From NCBI GenBank assembly GCA_965655095.1, contig OZ296649.1, positions 112,406,001 through 112,470,000 of the forward strand: 64,000 nt of DNA, read 5' to 3'. Below are positions 46,900-60,261 of the stretch, piece by piece. The DNA is from Haplodiscus bocki (taxonomy: Eukaryota). The translations under genes and the position numbers were made by a program. Within the stretch, counting starts at the first letter, position 1. Every line of letters begins with the position of its first letter. The notes beneath the pieces were generated by a model that saw nothing but the letters and a program-made list of their open reading frames with translations, ran no database searches and was not told the DNA's origin.

Positions 46900-49800
46900 T
46901 CGGAAAAAAGATGTCAAATCTGCAAGAAGACCATTCCAGTAGTGAAAAAAAAACAATGCGTTTCCTGATATTGCGATATGAATCTTTCCCGCGAATGCAC
47001 TGCATTTTCAATTGTAGCCATCAGTGGAATCATAGAGTTGGCATTGATTGTAATGCTTTTGTGCAACAAATGCGTTGAAACAAAGGAATTTGACAATATC
47101 GTACGAGGCAGAGCGCTAGCGAGTGTTTCCGACAATTTATCAACCCATGATGTAGGTGACAAGTTGAAGATTGTGGAGAAAAATTTGAGAGACCTAGTGG
47201 ATCCAAATGTCGGTGAAGCTGCAAAAACAAGCTGTGAATTATGGGGAAAAATCATACGCTGACGTAATCACCCTGTTGAAGTCCACGGAGACAGGTAACA
47301 CCAATGCGTCACAGAAAGTTAACAAAGGAAAAAGAAATCACAATGTCAGTCAAACCTTGCGAATTCAGTGGGTACAACAGGGCCAGAGAAAAAGGAAACG
47401 AGCATATTTTGATCCGACAAATGCCGAAGTGAACGAATATCCGGGACACAATGGGAGACAAAATGAGCATCGTTGAGCTCAGACGACTTGGAAATTTTGA
47501 CGCCGAATGAGAGAAACCGCGAACGCTGCTGGTAACCATGCCAAATGAAAAAGAAGCACGACTGATGTTGTCAAAATGTCATGATTATAGGGAATTGTTG
47601 AAACATAAAGGATTCTTCATATTTCCTGTTCTGTCATAAGAAGATGCTCTGACGGAAGATCTAATACTGGAGAACAAGAAGTACCTGCAAAATCAAGGGG
47701 TAACTGCAGATAAACCTGAAATCAGCAACCTGGCACTGTTCAAGGAAAAAGCAGAAAGTGGAAATCAAGATGGACGGAGCCGAGCCCAAAAGACCGGGTT
47801 TTCCCAAATGTTTCCCATTAAACACCAGGAGTCTCGACGACTTTGATATTGGAATAACTATTTCCAATCCAGTCTTGATATCGAACTAAAGCATGATAAG
47901 TCCGACGAAACACGGCTAAATGAAAAAATCAACTCAAAACAACTCTTTCTGAACGACTACGACATCTATCGAAAAGACAGAGAACTAGACGGAGATAAAA
48001 ACTTCCAAGGTGGCTCGATGATAGCTGTCAAAAAAAACCTCACCGCAACGCTTTCTCCCGACTCATGCGTAGCTTGCAGACCAAAACTAGGTACATCGGA
48101 ATTAGTTATCTGCGCATTCTGCAATCCCCTCCACAGGAAATGCATATCGTTACGCAGTGGAAAATTTCCAACAATTCCTGAAAAAACTTCTATAGAGCAA
48201 GCCGACTATAGTCTGTGGTGACCTGACTTTCCCCGAAAGCAACTGGAGGACAACCAGCAGTTCTAGTCAGGAAGAGAACTTAATCCTAGCAGGATTTGAG
48301 GAAGTTTTGTTCGGACCAGCCACAGATTTCCCGACGTGCTTTCAAAATATACGTCAAAGTATACTCTCAAAAAACAATCGTTTTGTTTCTTCCTAAAAAA
48401 GATCTAAAGTTTTCCCTTCTATACAATTGCGCACACCACGAGGCAATGCACACCAAGTTAGATTGTCCAGTCATCGAAAATAAACCAGCACTCCAGAACT
48501 TCAGGAGTTTTGGAAACGCGGACTACGAAGACTTCAACCACTACTTTGCACACAATGCGTTCCAACCAACTTGTTAAACGAACATTAACAAAATGTGCGA
48601 AGAACTATACCAGTATCTAGATCAAACGATAGAGATTTATGTCCCGAGACGGACACGGCACAGACGACGTCTAGCACTGTGGATTACCAGCATTTTATCT
48701 AATCTTCCGAAAAAGCTGAAAACGCAGAAAAATCTGCTCTAAAGAAAGCCCACCAGTCACCCGAAACAACAAGTTCTAAAACTAGAGAACCTCGTAACTG
48801 ATTTTTCGGATCAAGACCAGAAAGCGTACCAAGAAGAGTTGCTAGACACAAGGAACACTGATGCAATCCTCAAGCGCTTCAAAGGTCTGAACAAATGGCT
48901 CAACCCACCGAAAACCATAATCAGCTGCAACATCAGCAGCACCATCTCAATAACCAAATTGACATGCTGAATCAATTCTCATAATCAGTTTTCTCTCCCA
49001 GATAACGGAAGTTCAACGTAACCGATATTGGAAGCGAGAATGCTATTTTGACAAGTTTCAATATATCGACGGGAACAATCCCGGAAAGAGTCGACCAGAT
49101 TGATGTAACAAAACGCCGTGGGCCGATTAGCCCTCTTCCAGTGTTCTTCCAGCAGACCTCCAGAGAAAGCCTTGAAAATCTGAGCAAACTCTTCATGAAC
49201 AACAAAAAGTTAGGAAAGCTCTGGATAGTTGGAATATGGCTGTAATTACGGTAATTCACACAGAAGGGGAAAAAATCAGGCCTGTAACTGTCAGCCAGTC
49301 TACTGGACATCGATGCCGAAATATTTGAAAAATGCATCTTTACACTTCTTTACAACCACTTCACCCTTTACCTTACCAAATATCAACATGGGTTTGGGAA
49401 GCACGGATCCGTTCCTCCAACATTTTGTCCTTTCTCAAAAAGATACATGAAGCGCTGTACAGTCACCCAAACTCCGAATAGTGGCTTTCTACACTGACTC
49501 TTCTAAAACCTTTGACAAAGTGCCGCGTTATGAACTCATCCGAAGGGTCGCCCAATTCGGGGTAGGGGGTGTGTACTTGAAATCCTGATCAACTACATTG
49601 AAAATCGCAATTAGTTTGAAAGAATCGACAACTGTAGCTCCAGATCTCTGGATATTACAAATGAAGTACCCCAAGGGCTGCTTCTTGGCTCGTTGTTGTT
49701 CTGCATTTTTATAAGGATCTACCGGAAGTTCTAAAATTTTCTGAGCCAATCATCTTTGCGGGCAACTTGAAAGTAAATTCAAATAAAAATTTTACTAGAA

Positions 49801-50673
49801 AACAAAAATTGATTGGGATGGCATTGAGGAATGGGTCAGAAGGGACAAAATGGAACTTGCCATGGACAAGAGTACGAAATTCACCTTCAGAGGCAGTGAC
49901 CGAAACTTCAAAATCGAGAATCATTAACAAGAACACTCAGCGACTGTAAAGGCGCTCGGCATCCACGTCTTGGATAATCTAACCTGGAAAATACGCATCG
50001 AAGAGCGATCGAGGGAAACCAATAAAGTGCTATATCTTCTCCGGAGAAACGTTGCAGTAATAGTTCAGATAGTTGTAAAACTAGGATTGTACCGGTCGCG
50101 CATCTGGGCAATCCTGCGTTACGGTTTCTCATGTGTCTTCGTATTGAGAACAGATCTCCACATACTGGATAATTTCCAAAAGACGGTAGTGAGATGGTTA
50201 ACCGTGAATCAGACAAAGAGTTATCTGAGCCTACTGAGAATCTTGAACACCCTGCCGCTAACATTGTTTGTACAGCTGAACGATATACTACTGACATCGA
50301 GAATCACACACGAATAAATGGGAACCAGCATCCGCCCACCCAAGAGAGCCGAAAAAGGAACGAAAAAAATGCAATCTTCAAACTGAGGAAGATACGAATC
50401 GGGAAAGCAAGAAGTGAATTCGCCTTCAAAACTCAAAGAGTTGTCAATCGATTGGACGACTATATCGACTTCAGGAACCCGCAAGGACTGAGGAACAGAC
50501 TTCTTGAAGTTGTGTGGAAAAGTGTCACCGAAGTTAACTCAGAATCGAATTTGTGCACCTAAGAGCTACCTTGGGACTGCATCACGTGCCGCAGCAAGTG
50601 GACAATATTTTAAAATGACGACTATGGCAGTGAGTCTTGCAGCTATAGCTGCGAATTCCCAACAACAACAACT
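46900..50673 (+). mobile_element. Near-full-length degenerate LINE (CR1/L2-group-like): ORF1, APE endonuclease-RT, (CAA)n tail
   Basis: ORF1 'LRRLGNFD..KPRTLLVT' (~47480). APE motifs 'TETRLNE', 'YDIYRKDR', 'GGSMIAVK', 'CGDL.FP' (47900-48235). RT motifs 'YTDSSKTFDKVP' (~49490), 'VPQG..LG' (~49665) and decayed FADD 'IFAGNLK' (~49752). CAACAACAACAAC tail at 50660-50673. Multiple stops and frameshifts. Confidence 0.85.
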
Positions 50674-50689
50674 AAAACAAAAATAGCAA

Positions 50690-53070
50690 CTCAACGATTG
50701 CATAAAGTGTGATGTATGTAAAACTAAATCCAAAATGTTTTTTCTTTCTGAAATAGTTTTCCCTTTTAAAGAAATCCATGAAGACTTTCATAAGTATTTC
50801 CTTCAAAAGTTTTGCTTTTTACAAGAAGGGCGGATATTGACCGACAAACTTCTATTTATATTTTTCAACTCTTTTTGTAAAGTGGTGTAACTCAATTTTT
50901 CCACTGGTTTTGGTAAAAGTTCCTTCCTCTACGGACATGTTTATGAATAGAACATGAGTAGGTACAACAACAAGGTAACAAGATCGTAAATGTTGCTCGG
51001 AAGTTCCATTATAACCTACCGACGTTCCCAACTTAATATTAAAGAAAGTTTCCAAAACTTCCCTGTTGTTGTTGCGGGAACGAAAGATATTGTGATCATT
51101 GTTGAAAAAAGTTTCAATATCTGTGGGTCCTGTCACATCCTTCACTCCATTTTTCAATAAAAATCGTTGTTTAAGTTCCTCACTTCCCATTATTTTATCC
51201 AGTTATTTGTTTTATGTGCGCGGATGTTTCAGAACAGATTCAAATTTTTCACTGTAATGCTGTTTTTTTACTGTTTCGAATAAGTTTTCCTACATCCGTC
51301 CTTGATGTTAAGAAGATCTTTACCTTTTTCCTGTTTATGTTTTTTGAAAACCATTGTAATTTTTGGATTTCTTCGCAACAGCATTTTTGATAATATTGTT
51401 TATCCACGTATTCGAACCAGTACGTGTTATTGTTTCATGGGCTGCTGAAAAGTTCTCAAGTCTGTTAGTAAAAGATTCCATGAAGTTGCAATTTATTGTA
51501 TTCAAGTTTTGCGAGAAGTCGAGATCGTTCCAACTAGTTGAATGTGTTTCCTGAAACTAGTTGTTAAACATTTGATTTCTTAAAAATTTATGTTGATTTT
51601 CAATCAACGTTGAATAACCAGCATGAAATGTTTCTAACGGTAATTTTACATCAGCTGCAAAATTGGTCAATCAAATCAGTTTCCTCCGTAGTTACTTGCA
51701 GATCGGCAGAGATATTGTCATGAGGTACCCAGTGCAGGAGTGTTTTTCTATGCTTGGCTACTCTAGTCGGTTCGATAACATTTTGGCTAAAACCATGTCC
51801 ATGATTTGTACTTTAATAAATGGTGGTTAAATATATTTCTTTAAGTAAGTCAATATTCAAATCTCCCAGGATGAAAACAGACGGTTGCAATTCACAGTAG
51901 GGCAGCAAGTCAATGTCTACTTTTCCTTACAAAAAATGATTTATTCTACGAAGGTGCATTGTCAAGACAGAAAACTAGAAATGTTCTCTAATTTCTTGTG
52001 ACACATTTAGCACCAACAATTTTTTAGTGAAGAATCTATTTGTTCTGGATCAAAGGTTATGGTCTGGTGTAAAAACACAGCTACGCTGTCATTCCGAATT
52101 TTTTTCCAAAAATCAGTGTAGAATAATCACGAAGCTTGTATAGTTCCATGTCAAAATCTTCGTTCAGCCGCTTGATGGGTAGGTAAAATACTAGTGAATC
52201 AGGGTACACCACAAATTCAACAAAATTGTACTTTAGAGAAATTATGTTGAGATGCTTGATCCGGTCCTTCAATATTTATCTTTATTCTTTATTCCTTGTT
52301 TTAGTTCTAAGAGAGTCCCTGACCGAACTGCAATTGATTGGCAAACTGATAGGACATCAGAAGGAGCAGTTTTTTGTCCTTCAAAGAGATTGTTTTACTG
52401 ACCGTATCCATGTTCTCATAACATAGTGCTTTTTTCTCATTCAGAAATTTTACATATGTGACGTCCAGTCTATTTGAGTGCACTTTGAACATTTCGGAGC
52501 CGAAGAGAACAATATCGTCAATCATCAAAAAATTACCTTTTCCATTCAGGACCGCTTTACTTTGCATGATTGCACTTTTAACCTCTCTCCTGACGAACTT
52601 CTAAACGATAGCTTTCGTACCACTTCTGTTTCGCAGACGATTGTGCACACGATTGTCTTCTGGGCTGATGGCAACTCCTGCACCGTTGGCAACTTAAACA
52701 ACTGTGTTATGGAGATCCTGATACTGTCACGTCGACCATATTGCACAATAGCATCTGTACTGAATAATCTTCCCAGTCGATGATCCTGTTGAGCAGATTG
52801 GTTGGAACTCTGTACCTTCTCTAGCTTCCCGTTATGGTCCATCTCTCATGGGCTACACAGTATCCACATAAGAAACGCCTTTCATTGAACCCTCTCTGAA
52901 ACTTTTCGGGTTTCCAGACTGATACCCAAGCCACACAGCTGTCATAACTGACCACTTGACCATTGCATTCGACTAGATGCATTGAGCCCTGGTTACCACT
53001 TCGGGATTGTCTACACTTCAGCAATATCATATGCAATCTGAAGCTATGCAATAAGGTTATCAGAAACAAT
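50690..53070 (-). mobile_element. Degenerate LINE with PHD-like ORF1, APE remnant and an internal deletion of RT
   Basis: Cys-rich ORF1 remnant 'KCRQS..VEC..SCVAW..FLCGYC' (52821-53069), 'DHRLGR' RRM-like block, APE-like 'KLRDY..FGKKFG' (52081-52272), and pre-RT 'KLGTSVGYNG..LFINMSVEEGTF' (50852-51190), which then jumps to 3'-end sequence. Confidence 0.6.
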
Positions 53071-54599
53071 TAGGAATAAGAAAGAAAGAAGATGATACTC
53101 CATCATCTTTTTCCAAAAATGTTTGGGGCTACCACATATGGGTGGGGCTAACAACTTCGATTCAAAAAAGTCTTTTTAGCAGAGCATTTAACACCCACGA
53201 GCAAAACCAAGAGTCGGAACGAGCATGTAATGACTTTTTAAAGTACTAACCAACAATTTTGACCAGCAATGCGCAAGTTTCAGAGCCGTTAGATTTGCTT
53301 TCGTTTTCCAGTTTTGGTTGTAGGTTCTGAATTTCTACTATTTGGGACTGCTTTTGATTTGCGACAAACTAAAAAGTCACCGTTCATCAGTGCCTTGGAG
53401 ATAGAAACAGACCTGAACAAGAAGATAAGAAAACACCAAGAAAACACAAAAAAAATTTTGTTGCCGCTTTTGATCAACTAAACGCAGCCTTGTGCAATTG
53501 ATAGAATTCAAAAAAAATGATGAAATTACAGTACGGGAAATAGTTGGGTGAAACACCGAGGCGAAGATGTGCTTCACAATCACTTGCGGTTAATCAAAAA
53601 CGTCTACAAGCTAGCAAAGGCGAAATGAAAGTCGATTGGGTGTTTCTGAAGTACTTCAGTGAATCAGATGTCTCTTGAATGGAAAGAAAATAAAAATAGC
53701 TGTGAGGAAAAAATCTAGTACTTAAAAAGCGAAACCTCAAAACTGTTACTGGTACCTCAAATATTGTGTCTGGAGAAGCTTCACAACGTTATTGCTCCAC
53801 TTGATCAATGCCAGTTCATTGCAAAATTCCAGCTTAGTTAAAAACGAGTTTTTCACTGCCAAACTCATTTACCGGTCTATTTACACACTCGTGAAAACAA
53901 TACTAGCGTCGAAACTACAATCTGTACAAAGTGCCAAAATCACAGAAGTGAGAAGTTGTGCGCAGTTTAATTTCGTGATAGTTGTCTATGGTCAGAAAAA
54001 ATGTACATTATTCGTTGGTCACTCTAATGACAAATTAACACAGGCAAAGCGAAGCTGGAGACCAAGAAGTATGTTGATTATTTGACAATTTGAAACGTTA
54101 AAGGAGGCTTAAAAACACAAGAAACGCTTGCGAAAAGGGATTTATTATGTTTGTCGATACGTTTTCGGTGAACCAAGCATTTGATGCATTATGTAAAAAC
54201 ATAGCCACGGATGAGCTGTGTTTTATGATCGTTGCAAGATCCTAAAAGAATCGAAAAAAATATGCTCTCAACTAGCCCTCGAAGCCTCAGTGTCTCCGCA
54301 TTTTAGTTTCCAGGTAACTTCTCAATTTTAACAATTCAATTTCCAGGAAAGTAATACAACTCTTGAAGCTAGCAATCGCTGGTGGTCAGCAAATCTCAAA
54401 CAACAAATTTTTCAAACGTTTTCGAAAAAATTTGCTTACCTTGATAAAAAACATTCCTGTTCATAGAAAAATGGCTCTTTTGGTACCAGAAACAACCCTA
54501 ATTGTTATGATTAACCTATAGAAAAGTTCATCATTGCTAATATGGCAACTGATGAAAGAAGGAGGAGCAATTCCCTTTCAATAGCTTTATCTAAAGGAA

Positions 54600-55700
54600 G
54601 ATAATACTAACCGACTGCGAACAAAATTGCCAATGTTGACGGCGACGGCTTCAAACACTAGACAAAGACACTTAAAAAGGAGTGCCTTCTCAGATTGCTG
54701 AGTGACACCATGTGTTATCAACGCGAATCTGAGTCTTCGGTAATTACTGTTTCTAGAAATATTGACCAAGTCGATGATATAAAGTCGGAAACTTTAGGAC
54801 TGAAAGAAAAATCATTTTTTGTCCCATAACGACCAATTGTTGCACATAAGGAAGCCTGAAAATGTCCATTGGAAATCATAAAATAGCTCGAAAACGACAA
54901 GAAGCTTTTAAATGATAAACTAATGAAGAAAAGTTTTGCTAAGGTCCGGCACAAATAAGGAGGCCAGATGGAAACATAACTGAAGACAACTGAAACGATT
55001 CGATTGAAGCAAATCCAAATCTTTACTAAACACATTCAAATCAGTGTGAGATTGAGGAGTATGTCTTTCCTTGACAATTCAAAACAAGTTTCACAAAACA
55101 AGGAAAAAGGCTATTGTACCAAAACTATCCGCTAAAGACCGTGTTAAAGGGACACTGATTTTATCGAAACGGTTTGAAAAATTATCTAAAGGAATCGTCA
55201 GAAGACGATCAAAAATCTTCCACTCAAATTTGTTTTGTGATGGAAAAGAAGTGCAAGAAAATTGACTACATTTTGTGGGAGTCATAGATGAACTTTTAGG
55301 AAATTGATCAACATGTCCAAGCGTCCATCTGCCTGGAGCAAGAGCATTGATATCTTATGTAGTTGAAAGTTTTTGAATTATGTTTTCCCATCCAATGATT
55401 TTAAAATTAGCACCTAAATAACAGATCAGTTGGTACTCACGGTAGCACAATTAATTTAGGTTGTAACAGTAACAAAATCCACAAGATTCCAAGCAAACTT
55501 GAGTTCTACAGTGCCGTTATGGTAGATCTGGGTTTTCCCGTCTTGTTAATTTGTATCCACAACCCGGAATGAAATAGAACTTTTGGAATCGACCCTGTTA
55601 TCATGAAAAAAAAATGGAAAAGAATTTTTGAAATGGTTCTGGAAAAGAAACTAGATTGTCGGTGATTTTAACCAACCAGAGACAGTTTGGGATTCCTACT
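54600..55700 (-). mobile_element. Very degraded LINE RT remnant
   Basis: GVPQGS-like decayed block near 55430 and 'FSYVSIWPPY' (Y..xW.PY-like) in ORF 54718-55035. Confidence 0.3.
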
Positions 55701-56559
55701 TTTCCTCGAATTGTTTTTCAACGTTCTGATTGACTTTTTTGGACAATAACGGTCATCAGCGTGTGAAGAAGCCCACTAATAAAATTCAAATGTTTTGGAT
55801 CATATTTGATGTAGCAGGACTTCTGCACGAGAAGACGAAACTCTTAATCTTATTTCATTTTCTGATCTTTATGGTAACCTTCAGGGGGCAATCTAATGTA
55901 AATATCCCACAGATTTGACAAGTTGAAGCCCGGTTTTTTTCGCAATTTTTTATACTGTGTGAAATTTTGAGCGAATGAGTGTTTTCAGTAATTATTCGAG
56001 ATGATAATAAATTCATGGCAGTTCGATTGGAATTTTTCCAATATTTTATTCAAAGTTTTCAATCGAAACAGAAAAAAACGTACTTTTTCTTCTTTTTACT
56101 GTAACTCTACTACGATTTTTCTGTTAGACAAGCAGCAAATTGTTTGCCGATTACATCAGAAGCAAGAACTTCCCTGTAGTCATGCCCTAAATACTTCTAA
56201 GTGTGAGAAAGGCGTTTACAAAAATACAAAAGTCTACTTCAAAAGTTTTTGCATGTTCAATGACCGTTTTAGGGGTTGTTCCAAGCATTCCGGCTGGAAA
56301 CGCAACAAGGAATGGTTGAAACATTCATTTTTGTTTGTTGAAAACAGCGTTAAAAAAGCAGCTTCGTTTTTTGCAGAGGTTTTATTAAATGATCAATTTA
56401 CATCTTTTATTCAGTCGTTAAAAAGGTGTAAATTTTTTAACTGAACATTAGTTATATCTTTTGAACATCAAATTTCGAGCTGTTGCTTTTGCTCAAGACA
56501 AGTCATCTAACGGGAGTGGTCTTGATTTATTCCTTCTGATTTTCTGTCCTCAATATCAG

Positions 56560-57950
56560 AAGTACTGCCTTCTCATCTAACGGACCGTTTTGGTTCTATA
56601 GTCTCTCAATCAATTTCTCCCAGTCAGTGGAAAGAATTTTTCGTGAAACTCCGGTTCAAAAGCGGATATCAGAATTAAATTGTGTCATATCAACCCGTCA
56701 GCAACATCTCCAAACCTTCTCTCGCTTTCGGAAGGATAATTTTCGCTTCATTGTTTTCATTTGTTTCTACCAAAATTTACTCATTTCAGTTCGAGTTCCA
56801 TTGGAAGTGCTCTACACTGCTCCAAATTCCAGTTTTTGGTGATTATCTCTTCCAAAATAACGATGAAGATATTCCTTTCTATTGTTTGTATCTTGACTTT
56901 AGCAAAACACTTGACTGCGTCCCCCTTTATGTTCTAATTAGAAAGTTATTTACCATCAGTATTGGTGGAAATCGACTACAATTATTTTTTACCTATTCAA
57001 GCGACAGACTACTGTGTGCTAAATTTGACTGTTTTCTAAGCAGACTCAAAAGTGTTACTGTTGGGGGACATCAAAAGCCAGTGATTGGCCCACTTCACTT
57101 CATTATCTCTATCAACGACAGGGAAGAGTAATGTTCGTGTTCAGTTCTTCATCTTTAAGCAATTCATTGCGAAATGAATATTGAAAATCTTGAACTATGT
57201 ACACAACGGACCAAAGAAAAAGATATGACTTTGACTATCAGCAAAACCCAATTTCTTTCTATCCGCGATCATTTTCCTGTTTTAAATTTCTCAGACACTG
57301 AATTCCAACCTTCTTCCGTTTTGGAAGGTTCAGGTATCTATGCATCTTCGTCTTTACGATGGATCTCACATTTTACGAAATAATTCTCATCGTGTTACGG
57401 CTTTTTACAAAATCTGAAGAAGCAGTTACCCCAAACACGGACTTCTTACTCAAAATTGAATTTATACAAGACACTCTTTAACCCAGTTCTGTTTTATAAA
57501 TCTGAGGCATGGCATCCACAAACAACAGACCTGACTAAAATGAATTATTTTCCAGAGTAAAGTTTTTAAATGGGTAAAACCAAGAGAAGGTAGTCGTGAT
57601 TAACTCATGAAATTGAACACTCGACCTGTACAGAAGTTTTTGGAATTTACTGTTTTTCAATAAGTTCGTGAAAGGTTGTTTCAGTTTAAACTTTGACAAT
57701 TTCATCGCTTGTAATCGAGCCAAGGACCACAATCTACGACGCGACTTGGTCTTTCCTGACAAAATGACCCTAATATCTTCCGAGCAGAGAGTTTTCTGCA
57801 AGATGTCCAATTTTTCTGCTAACAATTCGGCGAAGAAAAGCAGCATCAATTTTCAAATGGATTCAATTCTGTTTAGAAAAGTGATCAAAATTGTCTTCTG
57901 CAATTATTTTCCTCTAGATATAAACACATTGTCATTTTTCAGTTGCTGAA
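56560..57950 (+). mobile_element. 5'-truncated degenerate LINE RT
   Basis: 'HWKC', 'YCLYLDFSKTLDCVP' (YLDFSKAFD-like), 'VTVGGHQKPVIGPLHFIISIND' (GVPQGSVLGPLLFxxYIND-like), 'SKTQFL', 'SEAWHP'. Confidence 0.75.
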
Positions 57951-58151
57951 GTTTTATGTAGTGCATAATGTATTGTCAATTCGAGTCATGCCGAAAGAAG
58001 TGGAACGGAGCATAGTATCACGTACAGTGTGCTATATCAACTCATTGCTGACTGCTATATGGTGGGTTCCAAAGAACTACAACAAACAATCAAGTGAGTG
58101 ACTGAGCTGGCGTTGAAACCTTTTTCGGGGGTTCTCGAAGAAGCCGTACTT

Positions 58152-58240
58152 CCTACCTACCTACCAACCTACAAACCTACCTACCTACCTACACACCTAC
58201 CTACCTACCCACCTACCTACATACATACATACGTACTTAC
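58152..58240 (+). repeat. (CCTA)n/(CATA)n microsatellite
   Basis: Imperfect tetranucleotide array visible directly in the sequence. Confidence 0.95.
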
Positions 58241-60075
58241 AAATAAAATGACATTCGAATTTGGTTTCCGCAAAATAGTCTGCGGAATTTTTTTCTGTTA
58301 CGGCAATAGGAAAAACTACGTAACATACTAGAGTATCTATGTTATGAGTATGGAAAAGAATTGGCGTTTCTCAGACTCTTCCAAAGGAAGTCGGATTAAC
58401 ATCTAACAAAATCCCTGCGACAGAGGAACAATACTAGTCCCCTTCTTTGCTGAAAACGTTAAACCCCAACTAGACACTAGCAAATACTGCATGGAAAGTT
58501 CTGCTATGACAATAGTTTTGGCCATTTCAATTTCATCTTCGAGGCTATAGGTTTGAGACTTGACAAATGGTGTTCGAAACGAAAATCTGCCAGTGTATAG
58601 ATCTAATGTTTTAGAGGAAGATCTTCAGAAAAAACCTATGGAAAATTTTTCCAATCGCGAGCAAAAAAAGTATATGAAAGACTGTAGTGTTTTTTATGCC
58701 ACCGGAAAATACTGATCCTTCTGTGACATAATTTATTGAATGGAGAATTAGACCAACCTTTACAACGTGTCTCCATGCAGAATGGAGTAGGACAGAATGG
58801 TCGACATATCAGAATTCACTCTTTCTGCAACCAAAGTAAAGTAACCGTTATACTGGAGTCTTCTGATCAAGTCTTCAGAAACTTGAGCAATTGGAATACC
58901 TAAGTGCTAACAAAAACGAGACTAGTGTTGCAAAAATTCTCGAAATAGTCAGAAAATGCTCGGCTTTCATATCTCTTTAACAGAAAACTTGTAGAGTGAA
59001 AATTACTGGTGGAACCAAAGGTTAATCACTTGCGGAACTAAAGCTTAGTAAGTGATGGAATTGATTCTCTTATAACAACTCATTGAAAAATCGCTTGATT
59101 TGGGCGCCTCCTCAGAGAAAGAAGGACGTGTTTTGATACAGAACAAAGTAACCGATAAAAAATTTCTTTGATGAAAAGACTGATCAACAAGTATGTTGCA
59201 TGGAAACCAAATCTCAGTAGGCTGGTAAAAAGCCCAGAATCGTATACAAACGTTTCTGCAAAAAACAGAATCAACAGAATCTGTCATATGGGTAAAAAAT
59301 ATTGATCTTTTAGCTAGTTTTACCATAAAAAATTTGTGAAAAAACGCCCAATACTTCGATTTTTGGAAAACAAAAATTTCATTGGAACTTTAGGACTCGA
59401 AAAGAGCATTCTAAGGCATAGATATTAGGCAGGAAAGTTCAAAAGCAGAAGCGACCCAGACGAGTATGTAATATTATTTAGTTAATACGAGATCTCTACG
59501 GCAGTATAAAAAAACGTTGATAAGAAGGAGCTGGCATTGCCACCTCAATGAACACAGAACTAATGTTTCGCTTCGCAAAAAAAATGCGAAACTGAACTGC
59601 AAAAAAAGACAGACTTTATTTTACACAGGCACTGATGAAATTATGGGGTTTACTGCAACCTAAAGTCATTCTGCTACTGCATTCCAAATCGAAATTCTTG
59701 GCACTGACATGTGATTAAAAACAGCGTTGTGAATTGAAAAAAAAAACAGGAATTGCGTGAAACACTATTTATGTACCGAAACTGCCGTTAATTTCAGAGA
59801 AACTAGCATTTGTGTACAGCCAAAAAACTGCCGTCGAAAATTTATGCCGTGCGTGGCATTCCAACAAGTTATGGGTGAAGCAACTGGTTGTGGCAATTTG
59901 AACAATGGTCAATAAGAAGCCAACTTTTGAGGAAGGATAGGTCATAAAAACTTAAGTTCTCTGTTTGAAAATACAGATACTATTTTGAGATGGGCAAAAT
60001 CTTCTGTCGTTGATATAGATTGAGAGAGAAACCACTGGATGGAGTCGATCAAGTACCAGGGCGTCAAAAGTACTC

Positions 60076-60261
60076 TAGAGAATAACTTCCTTTTTTGACT
60101 TGAAAAAAAGGAATTTTTTTCTGAACTGACAAAGTTAAAGTGTGTTCTCTGACGTCGATGGTTGAAAGCTTTCAAACATCGACTTCAGAGAACACACTTT
60201 AAATTTGTCAGTCTAGAAAAAATTCCTTTTTTTTCAAGTCAAAAAAGGAAGTTATTCTCTA
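60076..60261. repeat. 186-bp near-perfect palindrome (foldback/MITE-like)
   Basis: Two 93-bp arms centred on AAG|CTT (60168/60169), differing by about 5 substitutions and 2 homopolymer-length changes. Begins and ends with TA. Confidence 0.9.

Noticed and set aside
9234-52060. Multiple TCF/LEF motifs (CTTTGAT/ATCAAAG) in and around PTK7
   Set aside because: A rough estimate for this 7-mer in 64 kb of AT-rich DNA is about a dozen by chance, similar to what I saw, so there is no enrichment.
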